Of a DNA stretch of 64,000 nucleotides, positions 47,657 through 57,598 are shown piece after piece. The notes beneath the pieces are model-generated. The model was not told the origin of the DNA, searched no databases, and saw only the letters and a program-made list of their open reading frames with translations. Location of the stretch: positions 96,001 through 160,000 of the forward strand of contig OY969695.1 in assembly GCA_963701965.1 (NCBI GenBank). Direction: 5' to 3'. Source of the DNA: an uncultured Gemmatimonadales bacterium (GTDB lineage: Bacteria > Gemmatimonadota > Gemmatimonadetes > Gemmatimonadales > Gemmatimonadaceae). The position numbers and the translations under genes were made by a program. The first letter of the stretch is position 1; every line of letters starts with the position of its first letter.

Positions 47657-49012
47657 CGCCGGATCGCGCCGCTCTGCTGCGCCAGCTCGGCAAGGCGCGC
47701 CGCCGTCAGCTTGCCGGTGGTCTCGCGCGGCAGGGCCGGCGACGCGGACGATCCGGCGCGGCAGGAACGCGGCGTCGACGCGCTCGCGCAGCGCGGCGCC
47801 GATCTGCTCGTTCGACAGGCCCGGCGCGACGACGAAAGCCACCAGGCGGACGATGCCGAGCGCGTCGCCGCTCGTCTCGGGCGGCATCCAGAACGCGCCG
47901 TCGACGACGCCGTCGATCGAGTTGAGCTGGAAGTCGAGATGGCCGATCGAGCTGCGCTTGCCGGCGATGTTGATCAGGTCGTGGGTCCGGCCGAGCAGGC
48001 GGAAGGTATCGCCGCCGGTGACCTCGAGCACGTCGGCGAGCAGCGTCGGCTGCGGCACGTGGCCGCCGCTCACCGTGACCGCGTCGCCGTCGCCGGCGAG
48101 GCGGACGCCGTCGAGGGTCTGCCACTCGGCCCGGCAGTGGTTCGCCGCGACGCCACCTGGCCGGCCTCGGTGCAGCCGTAGATCTCGAGCAGCGGCGCGC
48201 CGAGGCGCGCCTCGGCCTCGGCCGCGAGCTGCGGCGCAAGCGGCGCGGTCGCGCACAGCACCAGCGTCAGCGGCGGCAGCGCCAGCTTCGCGTCGAGCAC
48301 CGTCCTGAGGTGAAACGGCGTCGTCACCAGCATGCGCGGCGCCGGCACGCGGCGCAGCGCCGCGGCGATGTCGGCGGGGAAGAACGGCCGGCTGGCGTCG
48401 AGGACGGCGCCGCCGTGAAGGGCGAGCAGCACGCTCGACTCGAAGCCGTACATGTGCTGCGGCGGCACGGTCGCGACCAGCGAGATGCCGGCCACGTCGG
48501 CGCGGCCCAGCGCCTCGGCCAGGCGACGCGCTTCGCTGCGGGCGTTGCTGGATCAGGAGGCCCCAGGGCTTGGCATGCGGCACCGGATCGCCGGTCGAGC
48601 CCGAGGTCAGCACATAGGCGGCGACGAAGTCGGGATCGATCTCGGGGATGGTGTCGATGCCGGCAACCTCGCCGTCGCGGTCGGCGTGCGTCACCGTCGT
48701 CAGGCCGTGACCGTCGTCGCCGTCCTCGACCAGCGCATAGACGCCGGCAAAGCGCGCGCGCAGGCGCGTCACCGTGTCGGCAACGTGGTTCGGCGGCAGC
48801 AGGCTGGTGTGGCCGCGCAGCAGCGCCGCGGCGAATCCGACCGCGAAGCGGTAGCGGTCGCTCGAGAGATTGAGCATCGCGCCGCTGGCGGGCAGCCGCT
48901 CGGCGAGCGCAACGGCGTCGGCAAGGAAGCGCCGGCGCGAGATCGCCCGTCCGGCACGGGTCGCGAACGCGGCGTCGAGGTCGCCCTCGGCGATGAGCGC
49001 GCTTTCAGTCAT
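47653..49012 (-). CDS. AMP-ligase / acyl-ACP synthetase (XanA2/ApeH-like starter-unit ligase; frameshifted)
   Basis: LTSGSTGDP, TVPPQHMYGFESS, EIYGCTEAG, INIAGKRSS. Confidence 0.87.
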
Positions 49013-49634
49013 GGGGCACGCCGCGGTCGGCATAGGCGCGCAACGCCTGGCTCAGCGTCGCCCGCTCGAACTCCGGGTGCAGTCGATAGCGCAGCAGGTA
49101 TTCGCCGACGAAGAGGGCGAGCATCGCCAGCGGCGTCGCCAGGTTCGCGAACGCCGCCCAGGTGGCGAAAGGCGCGAGCGCATAGAGGGCGAGCGACAGC
49201 GCGCCCATGGCGACGAAGTAGACCGTCCAGACGACGGTGACCTTGCGCGAATAGGCCGCCATCGCCGGCGTCAGCCCGCCGTGGACGCGGCGCGCCAGCG
49301 CGGTGATGAGCGACTCGCGGCCGCCGACCAGCGTCAGGCCGAACACGAACGCCAGCAGGACATGGATCGCGACGTGCTGGGCGACGAAGACCGTGCCCGG
49401 CGCAAGGCCGCCGCCTTGCCAAGCTTGCCACGCCAGCGCTGCCACCGCGAGGGCGGCCAGCGTCGCGAGCGGTCGCTGGCCGCGTTGCCAGGCGAGGAAG
49501 GCGGCCAGCGCCAGCATCGGCCCGACGATCGCGAGCGCGCTCCACGACGAGGTCGGCGCCCGCGTCATCAGCCAGTGCGAGGCGAGCACGTAGGCGATGC
49601 CTGCCGCTCCCGCTGCGAGGAGGCGGATGCGCAT
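49005..49634 (-). CDS. Membrane protein typical of aryl-polyene clusters
   Basis: Multi-TM; FGLTL..SLITALARRVH, YSRKVTVVW, GEYLLRYRLHP. Confidence 0.8.
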   Translation of the reverse strand: MRIRLLAAGAAGIAYVLASHWLMTRAPTSSWSALAIVGPMLALAAFLAWQRGQRPLATLAALAVAALAWQAWQGGGLAPGTVFVAQHVAIHVLLAFVFGLTLVGGRESLITALARRVHGGLTPAMAAYSRKVTVVWTVYFVAMGALSLALYALAPFATWAAFANLATPLAMLALFVGEYLLRYRLHPEFERATLSQALRAYADRGVPHD

Positions 49635-49640
49635 GGGCAG

Positions 49641-49910
49641 CTACCCCTGTCGGTTCGCGGCGATGTGGTCGGTCAGGCTCGCCAGCGACTTGAAGATGCG
49701 CACGTTGTCTTGGTCGTCCGAGCGAAGCTGGAAGCCGTAGCGCTGCGAGACGACGAGCGCGACCTCGAGGATGTCGATCGAGTCGAGGCCGAGGCCTTCG
49801 CCGTAGAGCGGCGCGTCGGGGTCGATCGATTCGGGAGCGATGTCGAGGTTGAGGGCCTCGACCAGGAGCGCGGCGATCTCGCTCTGCAGGGCGGTGTGGA
49901 CGGAGGTCAT
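49641..49910 (-). CDS. Acyl carrier protein (XanC/ApeE-like)
   Basis: PLYGEGLGLDSIDILE, IFKSLASL. Confidence 0.92.
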   Translation of the reverse strand: MTSVHTALQSEIAALLVEALNLDIAPESIDPDAPLYGEGLGLDSIDILEVALVVSQRYGFQLRSDDQDNVRIFKSLASLTDHIAANRQG

Positions 49911-49996
49911 GTCGGAGCGACGGGAAGCGGGAAGGCGGCGCGGAAAAGCCGGTCGAGTCTAGCAAACGGCCCTCGGCGCAGGCCTGCGCCGCCTAC

Positions 49997-50990
49997 TCAT
50001 TCGACGCGTGCGCCGGAGGCCTTCACGAGTGGCTCGTACTTGGCGTGCTCGCCCTTGACGAAAGCGGCGAAGCGCTCGGGCGACATCGGCATCGCCTCGG
50101 CGTAGAGGCCCGCCAGGCGGGCGCGCAGCTCGGCCGAGGCGAGGGCGTCGACGAACGCCTTGTTGAGCCGCGCCGTCGCCTCGGCTGGCAGGTGCGCCGG
50201 GGCGAAGATGCCGAACCAGGTGTCGATGTCGAACCGCGCCAGGCCGAGCCTGGCGCCGGCTTCGGCGATCGTCGGCACGTCGGGCATCGCGCTCGAGCGC
50301 TTGGCGGTCGTCACCGCCAGCGCCTTCAGCTTGCCGGCCTTGATGTTGGCCGATGCCGCGGCCAGGTTGTCGAAGTTGAGATCGACCTGGCCGGCGAGCA
50401 GCGCCAGCTGCGCCGGGTTGCCGCCGCCGTACGGGATGTGGACCATGTAGACCCCGGCCTGGGCCTTGAACATCTCGCCGGCGAGGTGGCCCGCGCTGCC
50501 GTTGCCGCCCGAGCCGTAGTTGAGCTTGCCCGGGTTCTTCTTCGCGTAGGCGACCAGGTCGGCGACGCTGGCGACGCCCAGCCGTCTCGCCGTCTCGGGG
50601 CTCATCACGAGCACGTTCGGGACGCGGGCGACGCCGGTGATCGGCGTGAAGTCGCGCAGCGGGTCGTAGGGCAGCTTCGCGTACAGCCAGGGGTTGATCG
50701 CGTGCGTCGCGACCGCGCCCATGACGATCGTCGTGCCGTCGGGCGCGGCCTTGGCGACGATGTCGGCACCGAGGTTGCCGCCCGCGCCGGCGCGGTTGTC
50801 GACGATGACGACGCCGAGGCTGTCCTTGACGCGCTCGGCCAGCGCCCGGGCGACGATGTCGAGCGGGCCGCCGGGCGGATACGGGACGACGAAGCGGATC
50901 GGCCTGCGCCTGCGCCCAGGCCGGCATGAGCGCGCCGAGCGTGGCCGCGGCGATCGTGCCGAGCGCACCGCGCCGCCCCGAGGCGCTCAG
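49997..50990 (-). CDS. Bug/TTT family periplasmic substrate-binding protein (start uncertain)
   Basis: IRFVVPYPPGGPLD, NRAGAGG, YGSGGNGS, DVPTIAE. Confidence 0.92.
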
Positions 50991-51472
50991 AACTTCGGCT
51001 CCGGCACGCTGTCGTTGTCGCTCGGCGTGCAGTGCATCTTGAGGCGTCCGATCGAGCGATCGTTCACGTCCCGCATGTCGCCATCGAGCAAGGCCGTCTG
51101 CCGGTCGACCGAAATCCGCACCGTCTGCAGCTCGCGCAGGCCAGGACCCCAGACCAGGAGTGAGCCTCTGAGCCAATCGTAGTAGACGGCGCTGTTGGGC
51201 AGCGGCGCATGAAAGACCATCGAATAGAGCGCAGGCGTGATCTCCAGCTTCATCTTGTCGCCGACCGGCAAGATGTCGGAGCGCTGGATCAGCGCGAGCG
51301 AGCTGTTGCGCCGCAGGGCCAGATCGAGCTTGGCGTTCTTCGATTTGCCGCCGGCCTGGACCTGGCCGCTGCAATTCAGGTACACGCCGTACTCCTGCGC
51401 CACACCCGGCGCGACCACCAGCGCGGCCGTCGCGAAGACGGCCAGCCGGACAGACGCGGGAAGCACCTTCAC
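50987..51472 (-). CDS. Hypothetical exported protein
   Basis: GTG start 10 nt after the upstream stop; signal peptide (..APGVAQ); one Cys near each end. Confidence 0.7.
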   Translation of the reverse strand: MKVLPASVRLAVFATAALVVAPGVAQEYGVYLNCSGQVQAGGKSKNAKLDLALRRNSSLALIQRSDILPVGDKMKLEITPALYSMVFHAPLPNSAVYYDWLRGSLLVWGPGLRELQTVRISVDRQTALLDGDMRDVNDRSIGRLKMHCTPSDNDSVPEPKF

Positions 51473-51482
51473 TGCGAACGGC

Positions 51483-52295
51483 CTACTTTCCGACCTTCTT
51501 CGACGCAGCGGTTGTTCCGCCCTGCACCCCGAGCCCGCCACCCTCGCCGAGGCCGCCCTCGACGGTCTGCGCCTTGTACTGGCGCACCGCGATGACCAGC
51601 TTGTTGTAGGCGTCGAAGAAGGCGGCGCTGGCGAGCTTGCCTTCATCGGTGGTGGTGTAGGCGCTGCCGGCGAGCGCGCCGCTGCTGCCCAGGCCGATGC
51701 CGCCGAAGCCAAAGCTCGTGTTCTTCGAGTAGCCCTCGGCCGCGGCGAGTCGTACGGTCGATCGGATGTCGACCAGGGTCAGCACTGTGCCGACCTCGCT
51801 CGACTTCACGTTCAGGTTGCCGAGGACCGCGCCGGCCTTGCCGAACAGGCTACCGAGGCCCGCGCCACCCATCCGCGCCCCCTCGTTGTCCTTGTTCGCC
51901 ATCACTATCTCGGGCTTGAGCAGATAGTCGGCGACCACCTGCTGACCCTTGCCGCGCGTTCCGCTCTCGCGCGCCTCGTCGCTGCGGGCGCGCCGCGTCT
52001 CGTCGTTCAGGCTTTGCTCACCGGTTCCGCGCTCGACGACGACGAAGCAGTTGGACTGCAGGATCATCATGCTGAGCAGCGGGGCGCTCGAGCCGAGTCG
52101 GGGCCCGTAGTAGCGATACCACGGAGCCGTCGTGTCTTCCTGGATGCGCAACACGCCGAGCGTCTTGTTGCAGTGTTCCAGCGTGTCGCTGGCGCCTCCG
52201 CTGGCAGTGCCGGCCTGGCCGAAGGCGGCGGTCGTCGTGCCGAGGCAAAGGGTCAGGACGGCCGCGATCGAACCTCTGGATGCGTTCTTCCTCAT
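51483..52295 (-). CDS. CsgG/HfaB family protein
   Basis: GGGAGA SD; signal peptide; QSNCFVVVERG, ADYLLKPEI, LTLVDIRS..LAAAEG, AAFFDAYNKLV. Confidence 0.75.
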   Translation of the reverse strand: MRKNASRGSIAAVLTLCLGTTTAAFGQAGTASGGASDTLEHCNKTLGVLRIQEDTTAPWYRYYGPRLGSSAPLLSMMILQSNCFVVVERGTGEQSLNDETRRARSDEARESGTRGKGQQVVADYLLKPEIVMANKDNEGARMGGAGLGSLFGKAGAVLGNLNVKSSEVGTVLTLVDIRSTVRLAAAEGYSKNTSFGFGGIGLGSSGALAGSAYTTTDEGKLASAAFFDAYNKLVIAVRQYKAQTVEGGLGEGGGLGVQGGTTAASKKVGK

Positions 52296-52417
52296 GGCGG
52301 GTCTCCCAGGAATCGCTCCATGTGGGGCCCAACGATGTTGCCAGAGAAGCCCTGCCAAAGCCATCTTTTGCCGCTTGCAAACTGGCGCTCTTCCGGGGGA
52401 GCGACGCTGCTCGGGTG

Positions 52418-53464
52418 CTAGCCCAACGGTCCGTGCTTGTCGGCCTCGGAGGTGAACGAATCGGCATAGAACTCGTCGTCCGGCAGGCCGCAACGGGCGA
52501 CGAAGTCGCGCTGCGCCGATTCGATCATGATCGGCGCGCCGCAGGCATAGACCTGGTGCTCCATCAGGCTCGGCAGGTCGTGCATCACCGCCTGGTGGAC
52601 CAGGCCGGTGCGACCATGCCAGTCGTCCTCGGCCTTGGGCTCGGAGAGCACCGGGATGTAGCGCAGGTGCGCCATGCGCTTGGTCGCTTCCTCGGCCCAC
52701 TCGTTCATGTAGAGATCGGCCCTGCTCCGGCAGCCCCAGTACAGGACGGCCTTTTTCTCGCTGCCCTTCCAGATCATGTGCTCGATGATTGCCTTGATCG
52801 GCGCGAAGCCGGTGCCCGACGCGAGCAGGACGATCGGCTTGGCGGAGTCCTCGTCGCGCAGGAAGAAGCTGCCGAACGGACCCTCGACGCGCAGGATGTC
52901 CTTTTCCTTCATCGCCGTGAAGACGTGGTCGGTGAACTTGCCGCCGGGCAGATGGCGCAGGTGCAGCTCGATCTGCGGCTTGTCGACGATCGTGTGCGGC
53001 GCGTTGGCCATCGAGTAGCTGCGCCGCGCGCCGTCGCGCAGGATGAACTCGACGTACTGGCCGGCGCGGTACTGGAACAGGTCGTTCGCCGGCAGCTGCA
53101 GCCGGAGCACGGCGACGTCGGGCGCGGGCTTGTCGATCGAGATGACGCGGCTCGGCAGCTTCCTGATCGCAAACTCGCCGGCGCCAGGCACAGTTCGCGC
53201 CTCGAGCACGACGTCGCTCTGCGGCGCCGCCTGGCAGCAGAGGATCAGGCCGGCGACTTCTTCCTCGTGGCTGAGCGCCTTCTGCTGATGTGCGCCATGG
53301 ATGACGCGGCCTTCGAGCATCCGGCACTTGCACGAGCCGCAGGCGCCGTCGCGGCAGCCATAGGGCAGGCCGATGCCCTGGCGGATCGCGGCGTGCAGGA
53401 TCGGCTCGTCGCGGTCGACGGTGAAGGTCTTGCCGCTCGGCTGGACGGTGACGGTGAAAGGCAT
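52418..53464 (-). CDS. 2Fe-2S/FAD/NAD oxidoreductase (CDP-6-deoxy-delta-3,4-glucoseen reductase-like)
   Basis: GCRDGACGSCKC, RSYSMAN, ASGTGFAP, YACGAP. Confidence 0.9.
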   Translation of the reverse strand: MPFTVTVQPSGKTFTVDRDEPILHAAIRQGIGLPYGCRDGACGSCKCRMLEGRVIHGAHQQKALSHEEEVAGLILCCQAAPQSDVVLEARTVPGAGEFAIRKLPSRVISIDKPAPDVAVLRLQLPANDLFQYRAGQYVEFILRDGARRSYSMANAPHTIVDKPQIELHLRHLPGGKFTDHVFTAMKEKDILRVEGPFGSFFLRDEDSAKPIVLLASGTGFAPIKAIIEHMIWKGSEKKAVLYWGCRSRADLYMNEWAEEATKRMAHLRYIPVLSEPKAEDDWHGRTGLVHQAVMHDLPSLMEHQVYACGAPIMIESAQRDFVARCGLPDDEFYADSFTSEADKHGPLG

Positions 53465-53583
53465 GGGGGTCGGGACGAGGGCGTCGCGGGGCGCGTCGCC
53501 TAGACTCGGCCCGCGATTTTGCCCCGCGCCGGCGCCGACACGACCGGCGTGTCATTCGCAGCCGAGATTCACCCCGCTTCGCC

Positions 53584-54492
53584 GTGCCCGATCGATCGAC
53601 CCGAGCCAAGAGACCGGTGCTGCTGATCGTCGGCTGCGGCGACGTCGGCCTGCGCGTCGCGCGCCTCGTCGTCGGCCGCTGGCGCGTGCTCGCGCTGACG
53701 TCGAGCCCGGCGCGCGTCGCCGCGCTTCGCGGCCGCGGGGATCGTGCCGCTGCTGGGCGACCTCGACCGGCCGGCGACGCTGGCGCGGCTGGCCGATCTC
53801 GCCGACGCCGTGCTCCATCTCGCACCGCCGGCGCCCGCAGGCGACGCCGATCGGCGCACCGCCCACCTTCTCGCCGCGCTCGCCCGCTCGGCGCGGGTTC
53901 GCCGTGTCGTCTACGGCTCGACCAGCGGCGTCTATGGCGATTGCGCCGGCGCCCGCGTCGACGAGACGCGCACGCTCGCGCCGTCGACCGCGCGCGCGCG
54001 CCGACGCGCCGACGCCGAAGCCCGCGTGCGCGTCTTCGGCCGAAGCAGCGGCGTCGCGCGTGACGATCTTGCGCATCCCCGGCATCTATGCGCTCGACCG
54101 CAAGGGCGGCGACCCGCGCGAGCGCTTGGCGCGCGGCAGCCCGGTCCTTGCCGCCGGCGACGACGTCTATACCAGCCACATCCACGCCGATGACCTCGCG
54201 CGCGCGTGCGTTGCGGCGCTGCTGCGCGGCGGGCGCCAGCGCGTGCTCAACGTCGCCGACGACAGCGCGCTTCTGATGGGCGACTACTTCGACCTTGTCG
54301 CCGATCGCTTCGCCCTGGCGCGGCCGCAGCGCGTCACGCGGAGCGAGGCGGCGGCGCTGCTCTCGCCGACGCAGCTGAGCTTTCTCGGCGAGTCGCGCCG
54401 GCTCGTCAACACGCGAATGAAGCGCGAGCTCCGTGTCGCGCTGCGTTATCCGACCGTCGCCGACGGGATCCATGCGCCGGACCGACCGGTGA
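53584..54492 (+). CDS. NAD-dependent epimerase/dehydratase-type SDR (frameshifted, ends approximate)
   Basis: IVGCGDVG, STSGVYGD, LRIPGIY, HIHADDLA, ESRRLVN. Confidence 0.87.
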
Positions 54493-54530
54493 CAATCGGC
54501 CCGCCATCGATTCCCTCGGAGGAGACTCGA

Positions 54531-55512
54531 ATGATTCGCAAGTCGATGCTGGTCGCCGCCGCCGTTGCGCTCGGTGCCGGCGGGCCGTTCGGTGCCGCGG
54601 CGCAGAGTGCCGCCTGGCCGGCCAAGCCGATCCGCGCTGGTTTCGCCGTTCAATCCCGGCGGCGCGATCGACGTCCTCAACCGGATCATTGCCGAGAAGC
54701 TCGCGCAGCGCCTCGGCCAGCCGGTCATCGTCGACGCGATCCCGGGCGCCAACACGATCAAGGGCGCCGACGTCGTCGCCAAGGCGCCTGCCGACGGCTA
54801 CACGTTCATGATCACGACGATGTCGACGCACGTGAACAACACCGTGCTGTTCGCCAAGCTGCCGTTCGATCCGGTCAAGGACTTCGCGCCGATCACGCAG
54901 GTGTCGCTCGGCAGCGTGCTGCTGACCGCGCCGGGCAACGCGCCGTATTCGGACCTGAAGGGCTTCCTCGCCTGGGCCAAGGCGCAGAACCGGCCGATCA
55001 GCTACGGCTCGTGGGGCGTCGGCTCGTCGGCCAACGTCTACGGCGAGATCCTGGCCAAGGACTATGGCGTCAGCCTCACCCACGTGCCCTACAAGGGCGA
55101 GCAGCCGGCGATCACCGACGTCATCGGCGGCAGCCTCGACGTCACCTTCGCCAGCCCGGTCGGCGCCAAGCCGCAGGTGCAGGCAGGCAAGCTCAAGGCG
55201 CTCGGCATGACCGGCCCGGCGCGCTCGGCGGCGATGCCCGACGTGCCGACCTTCGCCGAGCAGGGAATGAAAGGCTTCGAGCTGCCGATCTGGGTCGCCG
55301 CGTATGCGCCGGCGGGGACGCCGAAGGCGATCGTCGATCGCCTGCAGAAGGAGATCGCCGCCGTGATCCGCCTTCCCGACGTGCTGCCGAAGATGGTCGA
55401 CCAGGGCCAGACGCCGCTCGGCAACACGCCCGAGGAATTCGCGGCGGCGTTCGCGAAGGACGCGCCGACGTGGATCGACTACATCAAGGCCTCCGGAGCG
55501 AAGCCGCAATGA
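54531..55512 (+). CDS. Bug/TTT family substrate-binding protein (one frameshift)
   Basis: GGAGA SD; WPAKPIR..PFNPGG, HVPYKG, DVPTFAE. Confidence 0.92.
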
Positions 55513-56681
55513 GCGTGGATCAAGGCACCGCCTACGGCCTCGCGCCGGCGACGCACGACCGCGAGCTCACCGAGGTCGGCGCCGGCACGCCGATGGGCGA
55601 GCTGCTGCGTCGCTACTGGCATCCGATCGGGCTCACGGCCGACGCCGGCGGCGTGCCGCGCCAGGTGCGCGTGCTCGGCGAGGACCTGATCCTCTTTCGC
55701 GACGGCCAGGGCCGCGCCGGGCTGGTCCATCCGCGCTGCGCCCATCGCGGCGCCTCGCTCTACTACGGTCGCGTCGAGCACGAAGGAATCCGCTGCTGCT
55801 ATCACGGCTGGATGTTCTCGGTCGACGGCCACTGCCTCGATCAGCCGTGCGAGCCCGAGGGCGGTGCGCTCAAGGGCAACGTCCGCCAGCCATGGTATCC
55901 GCTCGAGGAGCGATACGGCCTGGTCTTCGCGTACCTCGGCCCGCCCGATCGGAAGCCGCTCCTGCCGCGCATCGACGTGCTCGACGATCTCGCTCTCGGC
56001 GAGACGCTCGAGGCCGACGACTCGAGCGTCGGCGGCGGCGGGCCGCAGATCATTCCATGCAACTGGCTGCAGCACTTCGAGAATGTCGTCGACAGCTTGC
56101 ATGTGCCGATCCTGCACGGCGTGTTTTCGGGCCACCAGTTCGTGCCGGCGATGGCGCAGATGCCGAAGGTCGAGTGGAGCGCGACCGAGCGCGGCGTCCG
56201 GGTCGAGAGCTGGCGCGACCTCGACGACGGACAAAAGCTCCGCCGCGTCACCGAGGCGGCGATGCCGACGCTGCGCGTCGTGCCGAGCCCGCGCCTCGGC
56301 AAGAGCGGCCCGGTCGAATCGATCGGCTGGGTGCTGCCGATCGACGACGGCCACTTTCGCATCTACGTCGCCGGCCGGGTCGAGCAGCCGGGCGACATCG
56401 GCCGCATGCGCTCGAAGATGAACGGCAAGCTCTGGTGGGAGCTGAGCGAGGCCGAGCATCGCGAATTTCCGGGCGACTACGAAGCGCAGGTCAGCCAGGG
56501 CAGGATCGCCGCCCATTCGGCCGAGCACCTGCGAACGAGCGACCGCGGCGTGGCGCTGCTGCGCCGCTTCCTGCGCGAGCAGCTGCGTGTCGTCGCCGAA
56601 GGCGGCGACCCGGCGTGCGTCGTCCGCAGCGAAGGTGATGCGACCTTGTGCTTCGCCAACTGCGGCAACTTCATGGCATGA
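55509..56681 (+). CDS. Rieske non-heme iron aromatic oxygenase alpha subunit (phthalate 4,5-/PobA/LigX-like group)
   Basis: GTPMGELLRRYWHP, CAH..CCYH Rieske motif, ENVVDSLHVPILH mononuclear Fe motif. Confidence 0.9.
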   Translation: MSVDQGTAYGLAPATHDRELTEVGAGTPMGELLRRYWHPIGLTADAGGVPRQVRVLGEDLILFRDGQGRAGLVHPRCAHRGASLYYGRVEHEGIRCCYHGWMFSVDGHCLDQPCEPEGGALKGNVRQPWYPLEERYGLVFAYLGPPDRKPLLPRIDVLDDLALGETLEADDSSVGGGGPQIIPCNWLQHFENVVDSLHVPILHGVFSGHQFVPAMAQMPKVEWSATERGVRVESWRDLDDGQKLRRVTEAAMPTLRVVPSPRLGKSGPVESIGWVLPIDDGHFRIYVAGRVEQPGDIGRMRSKMNGKLWWELSEAEHREFPGDYEAQVSQGRIAAHSAEHLRTSDRGVALLRRFLREQLRVVAEGGDPACVVRSEGDATLCFANCGNFMA

Positions 56682-57577
56682 AGGTCCTGCTCGTCACCCA
56701 GCCGATGCCGGCGGCGGTGTTCATCGCTGCGATCCGTGCCCGCGCGCCCGAGCTCGAGCTGGTCGAGTACCGCTCGGCGTTGAGCGATGCCGAGCTGGCC
56801 GATGTCGACGTCGTCCTCGGCTGGCAGATGCCGCCCGGCCTGCCGGCGCGCCTGCCGCGCGTCGACTGGGTCTGCTCGATCGCGGCCGGGGTCGAGAAGC
56901 TGCTTGCTCCGGATCTCGCGCCGCACGTTCGCGTCTCGCGCATCGTCGACCGCGAGCAGGCCGCCGGAATCGCCCAGTTCGTGGTCGCGATGGCGCTCCG
57001 TCACGCGCGCGACCTCGAGCGCTACGAGGCGCAGCAGCGCGCACGCGACTGGTCGCGTCAGCCCGTGCCGATGGCGCGCCACTCGGTCGGCGTGCTCGGC
57101 ACCGGTGCCATGGGCGGCGAGATCGCGGCCTGGCTCGAGCGCTGCGGCCTGCTCGTTCGCGGCTGGAACCGGCGCTCGGGCGAAAGCTTCGAGGCCGTTC
57201 TCGGCGCGAGCGAGATCGTCGTCTGCGCGCTGCCCCTCACGGCCGAGACCGAAGGCATCCTCGACGCGCGCGCGTTCGCACTGATGCCGCGCGGCGCCTA
57301 TGTCATCAACGTCGCCCGTGGCGCGCACGTCGTCGAGCCCGATCTGATCGCCGCCGTGCGCTCGGGCCATCTGAGCGGCGCCGCGCTCGACGTGCAGCGC
57401 AAGGAGCCACTGCCGGCCGACGATCCGCTCTGGAGCGTCCCCGGCATCACGATCACGCCGCACATCGCGGCCCAGCCATCGACCGAGACCATCGCCGATC
57501 AGTTCGTCGCCAGCGTTCGCGCGCTCGAGCGCAGCGAGGCGTTGCCGAACCAGATCGATCGCAGCCGCGGCTACTGA
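56678..57577 (+). CDS. D-2-hydroxyacid dehydrogenase (GhrA-like)
   Basis: GTGAMG, INVARG, LDVQRKEPL, TPHIAA. Confidence 0.9.
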   Translation: MKVLLVTQPMPAAVFIAAIRARAPELELVEYRSALSDAELADVDVVLGWQMPPGLPARLPRVDWVCSIAAGVEKLLAPDLAPHVRVSRIVDREQAAGIAQFVVAMALRHARDLERYEAQQRARDWSRQPVPMARHSVGVLGTGAMGGEIAAWLERCGLLVRGWNRRSGESFEAVLGASEIVVCALPLTAETEGILDARAFALMPRGAYVINVARGAHVVEPDLIAAVRSGHLSGAALDVQRKEPLPADDPLWSVPGITITPHIAAQPSTETIADQFVASVRALERSEALPNQIDRSRGY

Positions 57578-57598
57578 GGCCGCGGCGTAGCGCTCCGG

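Noticed and set aside
46571..49033. Apparent AMP-ligase/dehydratase/acyltransferase megaprotein
   Set aside because: The ORF passes through out-of-frame nonsense segments; overlapping start/stop signals at 47323-47326 and 47653-47656 indicate separate genes.
53373..56681. 1102-aa epimerase/Bug/Rieske fusion ORF
   Set aside because: Chance read-through in GC-rich DNA plus indels; the Bug gene has its own SD and the Rieske gene an ATGA-coupled start.
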